From assembly GCA_965153285.1 (NCBI GenBank), contig OZ229111.1: a stretch of DNA of 64,000 nt, one strand, 5' to 3'. Source of the stretch: Podarcis tiliguerta. Its lineage: Eukaryota. A program made the position numbers and the translations under genes. Positions 38,296-52,835 of the stretch are shown piece after piece; the stretch's first letter is position 1, and the number at the start of each line of letters is the position of its first letter. The notes below the pieces were generated by a model. It made no database searches. It saw only the letters and a program-made list of their open reading frames with translations, and was not told the DNA's origin.

Positions 38296-39661
38296 AAAGA
38301 GATCGCAGTTAGCATCACAGCCTAAGCTGGTGAAAAGAACTTCATGCCATTTGGGTGTCCAAAAAGCAGGAGTATAACCTCAGATGAAATTCCAACTCTT
38401 GGCTCAGCAGGCAAAGTCTCAGTTTAGCCCTCGTCCAGTTTACTCCTGACCCCAAGACATAAGATCGCCCCTTTACTACCATCATTTTTGCAGGTGGAAA
38501 ACTGCAGCAGAGAGGCACTAGCTGAAGCTAAGCCAGGAGGAACACCCAATACAGACAAATTGGTAAATGCATCTGCAGACAAGGTGCCAGATATTCCTTA
38601 CTGCCCAGATTATTTTCTTTTTTCAGCAAGTTAATAAACCCAGTCTGTACTATTTGCACCTTTTCTAAATTATCTGCCTTTGAGGGGGGAAGTGAGTGGG
38701 TTTTTTTTTTTTTTTTTTTAACTATTCATGACAAGTATATTTCACTCAAAATACTCTAGGCCAGCACTGGGCTGCCTCTTTTAGCAAAAAGTGCTGCAGT
38801 GTTGCACATTAAAATTGTCACACGTACATCAGCATGCAGATTAAGTGCAATTAAAGCATTCTGCTTGTTATTTTCAAAACTGTGGCAGACACAAAGATGC
38901 GATTTAAATGCATGTTGTTACACAGTGGCAATAACACAGAATCAGTTATTTTGTGCAGAATTTAGGACTCGGACCCTCATATTTATTTCAAGCACGTTGC
39001 TAAATAGGTATGCTTGAAATTGTTTGTAGACAATGCCTGACAGTGGTTCAGAAACTGGTGAAATGGGAGGGGGTGGTTGTCACCGAGCCGAACTTCCAGA
39101 GATGAGGAAGAAGAGCTCACTGCCTCCCTTCCTGGGGCTACAAAAACAGTACGAAAGAAATATAATCAAATGGGCTTCGTTACACAGGTCACAGAATGCA
39201 GGTTTTCTTGTGGCTGTGTTTTAAAACAGAGATTGTGAGGAAAGACGTACACCAGGCTTCAGGAATATGTTTTGTCAGAGCAGAAGAAGCCAGTGGGATA
39301 ATTACTGTATTGCTACAAGCAACTGCTTGTATAAAGCTGCCCTGAATCCCCTCAAACACACCCCTATCCTCTTGCTGCAGCCAGGAGGGAAAACCAGAAG
39401 TGATTACCAACTGAGTGACTGCAGGACTGCACACCTACTTTTAACACCCTCCCCAGCTGCATTGGAAAACCTGCCTCCATGGTCCAAGAGTCTAGGAAAG
39501 TGGACAGAACTATGCATTTATTTTTGGAGGCGGTCAAGATGCTGATGGATTCCCCAGTGCCATGATCTGGAGGGCCACACATTCCCAGTCCCCATTTTAA
39601 AGGAAAACAAGAGTTATTGGCAAGAGTGCCTCTTGTTGCCCACCAGCATTGTAGAATTCTA

Positions 39662-39887
39662 CAGTGGTACCTCAGGTTAAGTACTTAATTCGTTCCAGAG
39701 GCCCGTACTTAACCTGAAACTGTTCTTAACCTGAAGCACCACTTTAGCTAATGGGGCCTCCTGCTGCCGCCGCGCCGCCAGAGCACAATTTCTGTTCTCA
39801 TCCTGAAGCAAAGTTCTTAACCTGAGGTAATATTTCTGGGTTAGCGGAGTCTGTAACCTGAAGTGTATGTAACCTGAGGTACCACTG
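39662..39887 (+). mobile_element. Tc1/mariner MITE, family A
   Basis: TIR CAGTGGTACCTCAGGTTA, TA TSD. Confidence 0.93.
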
Positions 39888-40185
39888 TATTTCCCAAGGT
39901 ACCCCCAAACCTCAAAGAGGTGGTGAATGTAAGTGAAAAGCCTGCCAGGCCAGGGGAGCACAAGAGCCAAGAACAACTATTTCAAGCCCCCCTGATCATC
40001 ATAATTTCAGCCTCAACATGCTTACTTGCTTTGATGTACTCCCTCTCTCTTTTTTTTAAAAAAACTCCTATATAAGAAAATCACAAGCATCAAAAAGATA
40101 CAAAAACAGAAGTGTCCATCCATTCTTACCACAACATTGAAAACACTTGAATTTTTAGCTTTTAAAATTATTGATTCTAACTGTT

Positions 40186-40285
40186 ATAGGATCATAGAAT
40201 TGTAGAGTTGAAAGGGACTGTGAGGGTCATCTAGGCCAACCCCCTGAAAAGCAGGAATCTTTTTGCCGACCGTGGGGCTCGAGCC
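40186..40285 (-). mobile_element. CR1-type 3' tail (CR1-dependent SINE or CR1 fragment)
   Basis: atcatagaattgtagagttgaaaggg...ggtcatctaggccaaccccctg. Confidence 0.7.
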
Positions 40286-40942
40286 CTATATTTTTATATT
40301 TAATAAATTGCATGACTTTTACAGTGGTCAATAAAGCGCAATCAATTTTCAGTGAATTCATCCCATATTTGATTTTCTTCTTTCCTTATAACGTATCATT
40401 ATTTAAGGATTTGATGAACCAAGAGGACTGGGGGGGGGGGGGAACCTCTGCAATGACAGCTAAGTACCTCCCCAAAAAATTGTCCATGTGGACTAGGCAA
40501 GTGTTATATCCATGTGGTGCTGTAGGGAGTGTGTACTGGGGAGGGGGTGCCAGGGAGTGTAGACAAGCGTGCAAAAAAGGGAGAGGAGAGAAGTGGGGGC
40601 AGATGAATTGTAACCATGCTTGCTTGTGACACAACAGGGGGACAGTCCCTGCGGATTCTAGAAACAGACTGAAGAGCAGCCCAGGAAGAAGTCAAGTTTG
40701 CTTCCAGGTGCTGCCTCATCTACATGTTAGGGCCCTGCCCTCTTAGGCTGCGTATACAGCACACATTTAAAATACAATGAAAGCACATGGCTTCCGCCAA
40801 ATAATCCTGGGAAATGGTAGTTTGTTAAAAGCATTGGAAACAGAAGCTCTGAGAAGGATAAGCTACAATTCATAGGGTTCCTTGGAGGAAGCCATGCGTA
40901 TTAAGCCTTCGGTCACTTTCTGCTACCCTTGATTTCCAAGTA

Positions 40943-41165
40943 CAGTGGTACCTCGGGTTACATACGCTTCAGGTTACAGACTCCGCTAACCCAGAAATAG
41001 TACCTCGAGTTAAGAACTTTGCTTCAGGATGAGAACAGAAATCGTGCGGGGGCGTGGCAGCAGCGGGAGGCCCCATTAGCTAAAGTGGTGCTTCGGGTTA
41101 AGAACAGTTTCAGGTTAAGAACAGACCTCCGGAACGAAGTAAGTACTTAACCCGAGGTACCACTG
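40943..41165 (-). mobile_element. Tc1/mariner MITE, family A, inverted relative to 39662
   Basis: TIR CAGTGGTACCTCGGGTTA, TA TSD; internal sequence is the reverse complement of the 39662 copy. Confidence 0.93.
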
Positions 41166-41643
41166 TAGCTGAAAAATGGTAGGACTGAATTGGGCAGGAT
41201 GGGGAGAGCCCTGAACAGCATTCACTAAAAGGTCAAAAGGCTGCGGCCTTCGCTGCAGGAAAGCAGGGGGTGAAGATTTTATTGTAGTTTTCGGACTAGC
41301 ATTTGCCTTTTCAGGCCATCTTAAAATAATTCCTCCTTTCCCCTGCAACTCTCTGTGTCACTACACTGTTCTGGAAAGTCTGATACTCTGGGGTAGGTTC
41401 TTGGGATCCAAGAAGGCTTCAGGTGTTGGGGGGGGTGTGTGAAATGGGTTAAAGATTACCTTCCCTCCTTTCTCCAACTGGAGATCTTCCAGGATCAAAG
41501 TTCCTCTGATGGGAACAAGTTAGTCATGCCCACTAATTTCAATGGGTCAATTCGGAGAATGACTAACCCTAGATACAGTCCTCTAGATCCAGGCAGTAAC
41601 GCTGATACTGGGTCACTGAGTCACACACACACCATGTTAAATA

Positions 41644-41812
41644 CCGTATTTTTTGCACCATAACACTCACTTTTTCCCTCCTAGAAAGTAAGGGGAAATA
41701 TCTGTGCGTGTTATGGAGGGAATGCCCACGGGTGGCATGCCTACAGATTTTCCTCCTCTAAAAACTACGTGCGTGTTATGGTCGGGTGCGTGTTATAGAG
41801 CGAAAAATACGG
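41644..41812. mobile_element. Tc1/mariner (pogo-like) MITE, CCGTATTTTT family, short form
   Basis: TA-CCGTATTTTT...AAAAATACGG-TA. Confidence 0.88.
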
Positions 41813-43755
41813 TACTCTCCTCTGGTCTAAAGGCCTGGCTAGATCTATACATGGTTAGTTTTAAGTTATGCAGCATCACCCTAGAGACCATTCACTGCAA
41901 TGGGGAAAACCTTTAAATACTCACAACCAAGCAATTACTTCCTTCTCTTCAGATGAAGTACCTAAACTAAAATTAGGAGATTTAATTCAATGTCTTTTCT
42001 TGGGAGTTTCCAAATTGCTAGCAGTTCAAAGGCAATGAAAGCACGCCCCAAGGCAGCTATCTGCCTCCAACACATGCAAGTACACATGGAATTTTGCCTC
42101 TGTAACCCCCACATACATGACCTGGTACACTGGTTGGATCAAGGGAACAGCTGTGCTGTTTTTTCCCTTCATTTATTGCCTATCTACAATGTCATATCTG
42201 TACAGCCTAAAGGCAGTCAGAAGGTCTCTCCCCACATGCTGTTGGCTTACAGCTCTTACATCTGTAACACAAAAACCTTGCACAAATACTATGCAAAGAC
42301 TGAAAGATCATTAACCCCCCCCAATCTCTCTCCCCTCTTTCCCCCCCAACTGCATAATGTCTATGACAACATTGTCTCATACCAAATGTAAACAAACTGT
42401 GAAAATGACTATGAATTGACTCTATGAATTGAAAGTAGAGACGCTCCTTGTACTTTTTGGTTACACGATAATTTTTTTAATAAAAATTCTTCAAAATCAT
42501 CTCTTAGATCCTTAACCACTGGCCATGCTATCTGCAGCTAATGGGAGCACATCTGGAGGGCCAACGCCTGGGTCTAGAGAACAGGCAGTAGTCACATCGC
42601 TGAAGCTAAGGAGAGCTGGTTCTGGATGCAACCTGGATGGAAGGGCAGCGGGTTTTAAAGATGCCCCACCCCGAAGAAGTGGGGCCTGAGTACCATTAAG
42701 TCAGTAACTGGCCTAGGCAAGCAACCACCGAACTCAAGCCAAGTAGTGTCACTAACTGAAAAGAGAGGGGTGTGTGTGTGTGTGTGTTGTAGGAACTTTT
42801 TCCCCCTTTTCACTAGAACCCTAAGGTTTACCAGTTGATTCTAAGTACAAAACCATGGGATGGGAAGCAGGCAAGCATTTGGAATTAAAAGAAGAGCCTA
42901 CTGCCAAGTTCCTGTTCAGGACAGGAATGTGTGTTTGGTACTAGAACGCAAGCTTGCAATCCTTCCACCCAAAATACCACCCCTGCTTTTCCTGAGCTTT
43001 CTTCAATTTGGCGGCCTAATGTAAAGTGGGTTGGGAGAGATCCGGACCTACGTACTTTTTGCTCATCTAAAGAAAGTATATATATATATATATAAAAGCT
43101 GTGATGGCCTATTAAAAATAAATAAATCCAACAACCACAGCAGGGAAAGGCCTTTATTAGGACCAACCCAAAGGGCACAAAACAGTGAGCAAGTTTTTGA
43201 GTTCCCCAAAGCTCTTCATTGAGCAAAAGCAGTGGCCCGGGGAAGAGGAGAAAAGTTTGCATTGGCCTCAGTCTTAAGAGAGAATGTGGGAAGAGACAGC
43301 AGACATAATTGGATTAGCCTATCCCAGGTGCTATGAAAGGTTTCAGATAACACCCAAGAGTGCTAAGATAAAGGAACACACAATTCCTTATTTTTGAGAA
43401 GATAAAAATCCCCCTGCCCATTCTGCTGATCTTTCGAAAACAGGGGTGGGGAACCTCTTTTTTTTTTTTGCCTTTCCTTGTGGGCTTGGATACCAGTGGT
43501 GGGCAGAGCAGTGGATGTCACTTTTAGCAATACAAAAGGCAGAGAGGTTTTTTTTACATATTCACACCTCTGTCCTCCTTCCAAGCAAGCAAGAGGCATT
43601 ATGATCACAGATCAAAGACACATTTCAGACAGGCGAAAGTATTCCCAGGAATGGTCTATGGCTTCAGGGACTGGGTGAGGCTAGGGGAGAGTTCCTGGTC
43701 AAATAGAGAGGCCCTTGAAGGCTGCATGAGGCCTGAGGTTCTCTGCTCTCTAAGG

Positions 43756-44067
43756 CAGAGATCAGCAAACTTAACACACCTTGGGCCGGTGTCTCCAGCG
43801 TGGTTCGTGTGGTGTTCATACACGCTATTTCCGGTGCACTTCCGGGTCGGAGGTGCACTGGAAATACCTTGTGCGCATGTGCACGGGCCTCCTTGGACCC
43901 GAATGTGCACCAGAAATAACGCTTGCGCATGCGCAAATAAAGCTTACGCACAAGCTATTGCCAGTGCTCCTCCGACCTGGAAGTGGGCAGCCGTGCAGCG
44001 CTGAGGGCCGGATAAATGAGTCCCTCAGGCCTTATCCAGCTCGCGGACCTTAGTTTGGGGAGCCCTG
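43756..44067. mobile_element. hAT-Charlie non-autonomous element with NRF1/ETS-motif interior
   Basis: CAGAGATCAGCAAAC...GTTTGGGGAGCCCTG termini; perfect 8-bp TSD ctctaagg. Confidence 0.88.
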
Positions 44068-45534
44068 CTCTAAGGAGAGAGGAAGTGAAACAGCAGACTA
44101 GCATGGTGGAAGTACAGCAGTTGGGAAGACATGGATAGGGGCCATCTTTGTTTCAGTGGCAGGGTAGTGCTGGTGTCAAGCAAACCAAGGGCTTGGCTTG
44201 TAGACCACAATGAGGAGGGAGGTGATGTCGGCAACCCAAGACTCTTTAAGCAGAACTAGATGCCCCTTAACTGAACTGCCACAAGAACAAATTAAAAATA
44301 CACCAAGTTTCTCTCCACTCCACCCCCAAATTTTTGTTTTCTCTGGGGAGCCAGGGATTTTCCACTGGGCTTAAGCAGAAACATTGCTTCATATGCCCCA
44401 CATGCTAGTGTTTCAACCAGAGAGAGGGGCTGGAAGCAAAGCAAAACACCACCCTCTAAAATCCAACATTTAAGATCCTGAAATGCCTCTGGGAAACTTA
44501 GATTACAAAAGGGGTTTCTGGGAGGGAATAGTCACACAGAACATCATGACTTGAGCACTGGTTTCCTGATTAATGTGTCACCGGTTATAGAGAGATTGGG
44601 GGAGGGGGGGAATTGAAGATAGCCTTCCAAAGGAGACAGGATATCCTTTGTTTGCAATCTCTATTAAACTGCCCCTAGCGAATGCAGGAACTGTAAACTC
44701 CTTAATGCTTGGCAGTTGGGAGAAACATTCCAGGCCATGTAAAAATGGGCCCAGCTCGTGTCTCTTTAACGCAGCTATGATACAGCGACGCCTTGGCTTA
44801 AATCTACATCTCAGAAACAGTTTTTATGAATAAATGGAGCCCCGGCAAATCTGCAGTCTGCATGCTAATGAGAGAAATAAGGAATTTCAGAATGCCAGAC
44901 ATGGAGAGCAGGAAGGAGGTTTTCCTCAGACTGCTGAATCTGTTTACTTCTATTGTTTTGGTTTGGTGCTGCTTTTCAAAGTGGCGTCTACCTGTCAGCG
45001 AGCGCTGGTGACTTGCTTTAAACACACACACACACACACAACATACAAATATAATGATCAAAGAAAGGAGGGCAGAAGTGGATTTGCTGGCAATATGTGC
45101 AGAAGGGCACACAGCACCAAGAACTGGATATAAAACAGATTAAACAGGCTAAGCTCCCTGTAGCAGTCAGGCACTGAACTAGGCTCCCCCGCTGTGTGCT
45201 AAGCATTTCAAACACCTTGAATCAAATCTGAAATCCTACTTGCTTCTTTCAGACCGCTAGCTGAGCTGCAGAAGGGACTGCACAAGATGAAAGGGCTCCG
45301 TCAAGATTCCAGCTTGGCTCCAGGTATGGACATGATTAGCCGAGACTCCTGGTGATCCCTGGAATGTTGTCTAGCTCCATGATGCAAAAAGGGCATCATC
45401 ACCTTTCCCTTACTTACCCTTAGCAATGTCTCACACACCCAAATGACAAACCCTCAATGGTGCCTGGCTCCATTCGATGTGCTGCAAACCCCAGCTGCCA
45501 ATCACAGGCAAGCTGACTTCTCCCCAAGTCAGAC

Positions 45535-45670
45535 CTTGGAGTCCTGTCTAATTCAGTACTGTCTATGTGCTAGCTGGCAATGGTTCTCCAAGAATTCAGA
45601 CTGGAGCTTGTCTCAGCTGTATTTGGAGATGGCAGCACTTGAAACATGGGAACTCTTGCATGCAACGCAC
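45535..45670 (-). mobile_element. Degraded tRNA-derived squamate SINE (Squam3-like)
   Basis: ctaattcagtactgtctatg...ggcaatggttctcca...ggagatggcagcacttgaa...ttgcatgcaa. Confidence 0.55.
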
Positions 45671-46053
45671 ATACCAGGGTTTGTCAGTTTCCTTTATGTA
45701 TCATACCTACTCACCTCACAATAAGATGACATCATGCAGATTAAGGTAATCAGGAGCCAGATTTCTGGCGGCAGAAACATAATGCCTTCCAGCAAAGCTG
45801 GACTTTTAAAAGCCATATATTGGGGCAGATGCATGGGGGAAGTGTGGTCTGTGCCCATGTGAAACATCCTAGCTATATAATAAAAAGGCTGCTACTACTG
45901 GACCCAATAAAGGTTCAAGATGGCATCTCCAGTGACTCTAATCCAGATGTGAGGAATCTCTGACCCTCCAAATGTTGCAGAACTACATCCCCCATCATGC
46001 CTGGCAATGCTTACCTAGGCTGATGGGAGCTGTAGTTCAACAACATCTGGACA

Positions 46054-46257
46054 AATAAATAAATAAAAATGCCCAATAGCACCTTAGAGACCAACTAAGT
46101 TTGTTCTGGGTATAAGCTTTCATGTGCATGCACACTTCTTCAGATACACACAAAAGCTTATACCCAGAACAAACTTAGTTGGGTTCTAAGGTGCTTCTGG
46201 ACAATTCATTTATTTTTTTCGACTGCTTCAGACCAACACGGCTACCTACCTGAATCT
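46054..46257. mobile_element. Penelope-like-element-derived inverted-repeat insertion, placed in a hAT MITE (~45944-46053)
   Basis: 43-bp inverted arms (46078-46120 / 46153-46195, 2 mismatches) typical of reptile Penelope termini; 11-bp TSD acatctggaca (46043-46053, 46258-46268). Confidence 0.8.
46110..46147 (-). ncRNA. Minimal type I hammerhead ribozyme motif
   Basis: Minus strand reads GUAU-CUGAAGA-A-GUGUGC-AU-GCACAU-GAAA-GC-UU-AUAC: stem I GUAU/AUAC, CUGANGA and GAAA core, palindromic stem II, 1-bp stem III with palindromic AGCU. Confidence 0.7.
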
Positions 46258-48021
46258 ACATCTGGACAGTGTTAGCTCAAATATATAAGCTGGTGCCAAA
46301 TGGCACCTTAAATCTGGGTTACAGTAGCCACGACAGAATGTCTATTTGCCAGGAGGTTGGACTGTGATCTTAACTACATTGCTTGACTGTAGCTTGCTCT
46401 TACAAGAATTCACTTGTCCCAGCATGCAAGAAGGAGAACCACACTCAGTGGAAGTGGAAATAACTGTGGACTAAGGCAGAGGTTTTTAAACTGTGGGTGC
46501 CAACTTGGTGCCCAGAAATCTCCACCTAGTCACAACTGGACCCACACCAGTAGGAAAACATGCCTGGCTAATTTCTAACAATGCATCTGGAGGGCCAAAA
46601 GTCCCCCATACTTGCTTAACCAAAGGGTCAAGAGGCCTGTTTTATTTCCCCTTTTCCTGGAGAACTCGGCAAACTTTTTGTACACATTTTAACACTGCAG
46701 CATAGAACCCCATTCCGCAGCCCCAAGTGCAGAATATCTAGGGTTAGCTGATTTATGATTTAGAGATTTAATGTTATCAGGAGACAGAAAAGTCAACGAG
46801 GTCTCAGAGAACTTAGTAGGCCTCACCACTTGGGATGGGCTTGAATTCCTTGTAAGTCACATGTGAAGCGACTCAAGGACACTGTATGCAAGTTTTCAAG
46901 CAAACCTCTAAACACAAGAGATCTACTTTCACATTCAGGATTAAAAGAGCAAGCTTAAATTAGCTCACTGGCCACAGGGAACGTGTTCCAACAAACCTGG
47001 CAGTGGAATATGAATCAGGATTCCAGCTCTTGCCACCTCATACAGGCCATTCCTCTTATACCACAGTTTATTTCCCAACATCTTGAATTTACTTGTCTAT
47101 ACTGTATTGCACAGCACACCCCTGACAAAAAGAGGGAGGACTCTGCTGAAGCGGAAGAAAGAACCTAACACATGAACTTTGGTAAGGCATTCATAAAATA
47201 CTAGTGATAAGGCAAAACCAGAGCAATGATAAACAAAACCAGAGAGACGAGGACATTGTGAAGCCATATGGAGAGGGGGTGGGAGAAAAGATCCTTTAAA
47301 CAGACTAAAGATACTTTAGAGCAGGGAGCTGTTAAATTGCATTTCAAAGAGAAAATGCCGATTCAATATTTTAATAAAATCTTGAATTATTCCAGGAATC
47401 AAAACAAGAGAGATATTTAACCCAAAGTTATAACCTTGGCATGACAAACGGAAATTATCTTCTAAAAGCACAACAATTCTCCATCTTTGAGAACTCAGCT
47501 TTCCTTTGATAAACTAATACAGACATTTCCTGATTATTGTTAATACTTCTGTGAAAGGGCTTTACACCCCCAAAGCTTTGTTTATTCCCGAAAACATTAT
47601 TTGCATGCAAACCTCAGCTTCACTACCTGAAGAATCATGGAGCAGATGAGGTGACAGACTCTTCTCTGCCTGATATACTAAAGTCAGAGGAGACTATATG
47701 TGGGGGTAGATAATCCAATCTGCGGCAAGACAGCTTCCTATGCTTCTGAAGTGCATTGTAAACCAGGTCATGCCCATTACGCAAAAAAGACAAATGGAAA
47801 CGAACATTTGCTAAAGTTAACCTATCTCCAAGAAAACTGGGTCACACTGCTCATTGCAAAATATATACATAAAGAAGTAGACCAAAAGAGTTTTCTTAAT
47901 TTTTTTTTGTCATCTGGAGAATAGCAAACAAGTGTCCTCAAATTTCAGTCACTTACCATTTACAATTTTGTTTTGTACACAAAATACACCTGGGACAAAA
48001 AAAAATTGCCTCCAAAATCTA

Positions 48022-48254
48022 CAGTCATACCTCGGGTTACGAACGCTGCGGTTGCGGATTTTCAGGTTACAGACCGCGCCGAACCCAAAAGTACCAGAAT
48101 GGGTTACTTCCAGGTTTCATTTCGTTGCGCGCATGAGCAGAAGCGCCAAATCTCATCACGCACATGCGCAAACACGGCGCTTCAGGGTGCAAACAGTGCA
48201 GGTTGCGAACATGCCTCCCGCACAGATTACATTCGCAACCCAAGGACTCCACTG
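48022..48254. mobile_element. Tc1/mariner MITE, family B
   Basis: TA-CAGTCATACCTCGGGTTACG...TCCACTG; homologous to 57672. Confidence 0.85.
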
Positions 48255-50186
48255 ATTTTTGACACTGGGATGTGTTTCCCCCACCCCGGCCAATGTTAAT
48301 CTATTGTGGTAAAATAAAAAATACTATCCATTTTTTTCCAAAGAAAAATCAACCCCACTCCCAAAAAAAGCAGTTAGGTGCCCTTCCTCTGATAACACAC
48401 ACATCATGGCTTTTATTCTAAGACATTTTACCATCCCAAGACACACTTTAATCAGCTTGGAGTAAAAAAAACCTACCCCATAAAACTTTCAATTAGTTTT
48501 CTTAACTCAACTAGCTGGTGTGGGCCATTATGCATGTGATATTCCTTTCCAACATCAATAAAAGGAGTAAATGTGTGCAGTTACATACATACGCAGTCAT
48601 GTTCAAAACTTTCCTATTTTGGTATGTGCAATTGTGACAAAACATACATTTTCATGGGTTTCACAAGTAAAAGTGTGTCCATTTCCCCAACTCTTACACT
48701 CACATAGGAAAGGTACATAAAACAACCTTAATTCTATGCCCAGAATGAATCATGGTTTAAAAGTCTTCTCTTCCCAAGATTAGCCAGGGGTGACAGGCTC
48801 AGAATCTGTTCTACATGAAAACTTAATGTTTAAGTACAGGGCTTATTTGGCAGTGGCCCCAAAGTTGCTAAACATCATCTCCAGCTATGTCTAACCCCGT
48901 AGAACTTGAAAATGCACAAGAGTCTTTAACTAATTTACTTTTTTTGAAGGAATGTTGCAATTATTTTCCATAAATCACTTTCTTAGGTTCTCCTGAAAAG
49001 CAGTACAAAAATGCCTTAAAAGGAGTAAGACATGCACACAAATATCCATTTCAGGAAATTTTATGATACGGACCCTTCTAATGTTCCCTGCTGGATGTTT
49101 CCTATTAATTTGTCTCTTTTTGTTGTTTTTACATTCTCATAACTTTATCATATGATTCACTTTAATCTATTTTAAGGCCAGCCTGAGGAATATAACTAAG
49201 AATCTAATGAGCATATCTAAAGGTAGAACACTACATAACTAAATTTGTGGCTATTTGAATAAACAGGATCGCTCTTACATAGCTACACATTCCTACTGCA
49301 GCTAAAGCTTTACAGATATGGGCATGCAATAGCAAAAACAAAACAAAACGCTTTGAAAATGTTCCCTAAATTCAAATGGAAAACTAGTAGGTTCTCAGGG
49401 TAACAAAATCTACGCTGCCCAAGTAGCAAGCAAACAGCATTAAAATTCCATGAGATATTTCTTCCCCAGTCTCCCCCCCCCCCCACTTCTAAGGCTAGAC
49501 ATCGGTTTTAACAATGGCCAAGTACGGGGGGGGGGGGGGGAGCTGCAGCTTAAGTCTCTATCTTCTATTATCCTAGCACACAGCACTGGTTTAGTTTTCT
49601 TTAATAAAAAAAAAAACACTTCCTTTGCTTGCCAAAGAAACTTGCCCTCAGTCAAGGTCATGTAAAGTTTTGCTCAAGTTTAGACAAAACGTGCAGAGGC
49701 AGGGGGAATAAAAACCCAAACTTTGTCTGAATTTGCTCCTTCCCTCCAACCCTGAAGGTTTTCCAGTTATTCAAGAGCATAAACATAAGTAAGATAGATT
49801 TATGTGAGCACAAAGGTTGGGGGCGGAGGGAGGAGAAGACAGAAACAGAAGTCCATGTTTCCTGGCAGACATTTTGGCTCTTGTTTACATTTGCAGTCTG
49901 TGTGTTTCTCTTGTTGCAGAGCAATATGGCTGTCTGAAGAGCTGACAGCTTTGAATGCACAACCACTGCTGGCTGCAGGCTCATGTTCCCCTCCCAGTAT
50001 CAAAGGTTGTGTAAAATTATGCAGACGTTGCACATACAAGGCAAAAGAGTTCCTCCTCCTCATATTTACATGGTTTGACAAGTCAACTGCTGTTAAGGAG
50101 GGGGGGTGGTCTTTGATTTGTCGTTTAGAAGGTGCTTTCTAAGCTTATGGGGAAAGGACTAAGGCAGTTTTGTTCTGGGTTTATTA

Positions 50187-50414
<228 letters not shown>

Positions 50415-51216
50415 CTATGTTTAAAAAAAACAAAACACAAGCCTACAATTAGAACAAGGGGCTACAGCCTGAACAAAATAAGTGAAGTTGGATGGCAGGG
50501 ATTAGCAGCAAGATTTTTGCAGCAATAAAAAGAAAAGGAGAAGACCTCCTGACATGCTTCTTTCCCCCCCCTCCTCAAATACTTCAAGTGTCAGCAAATA
50601 ATCTAAGTTGACAAACACAGGCCCAGTTTGGGCCCTTGCATTCTTCAGCATTGGCTTGGGACACCTTTGAAATGTTAATTTGTCTTCCCTCTCCCTTTTG
50701 GGAGGGGAGAACAGGAACAACAACAACAAAAGAGACAGAAGAAAACCCAAAACAAACACAGCTTCCCCTGCCTTCAGTCTTCACAAGACAAGAGGTGTTC
50801 ACACACACCCCAAAAGGCAGGAGCCTAGAAGAAGAGGCTGAGGAATGTAAGGGAACATACACACACACACCAATTGCAACTGGGGGTGGTTTCCTCTTTT
50901 TTTAAAAAAAATATTGACAATCAACTCAGAAATACAAGCGTTTGTTTAGATTTAAAACAACAAGAGTGGCAGAGGGAACGAAATTTATAGTATAATTTAT
51001 AATATAGTATAGTATGAACACTTTGTCTAGTGAAAGTGAACAAAGAGCCTTATTGCATCTGTGGTCAAGATGCTGGCTCAAACCAATCTTTTCCTGCTCT
51101 CCAGCCTTATTAACCAAAACAAAGAGCACACCTTTAAAGCAGTTCGGCAAGGCTGGGCAGAATTTGACCACGTTCCTCTTTAAAACAACGATGTTGCTTG
51201 TTTCACCATGCAAACC

Positions 51217-51218
<2 letters not shown>

Positions 51219-51255
<37 letters not shown>
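51219..51255. repeat. (GT)n microsatellite in UBALD2 intron 1
   Basis: Direct reading. Confidence 0.95.
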
Positions 51256-51258
<3 letters not shown>

Positions 51259-51789
51259 GGGTGCGAGAGATTACTAAACACAGGCCAAGCTTCGAAACTG
51301 ATCCCACACCCCCTTCCCCGGTCGAGGGGAAAAAATGCCGTCGTCTCCTTGACACTTCTTTTCCGCAAGGGCCTGGTGGCCTAGTCAAGAAATAAATTAC
51401 TATTAGGGGGATGGGGGCTAGATAAGCAGAAACAAACCGGTCGTCTTTCTCTCTCCCCCCCCCTAACTACCGCATGGCCTACTGGAGGTTTCAATTCTGA
51501 GTTTCCCTTCAACTGGAAGCTTCATGGCTTTTGGAAATAGTTATTCCAACGATTGTTCCGACCACAAATGTGATGCAGCGGCCGTTCTCTCCCGGCCTAA
51601 CAATTACAATAATATAAATGTGCGTCCAAACCCCCCCCCTTTTCTCTCCCACGACCAGCTGCAACAAGAGATTAGTCAACACGCAAAAAGGCCCAGCGCA
51701 TTCCCAGCCCCGGAAGGCACTTACTACTCCGGGAGGAGGCAGTCGTTCTTTAAATGCCTTTGATGGGTTGTTTATTTATCTGTTGCCAG

Positions 51790-52835
<1,046 letters not shown>

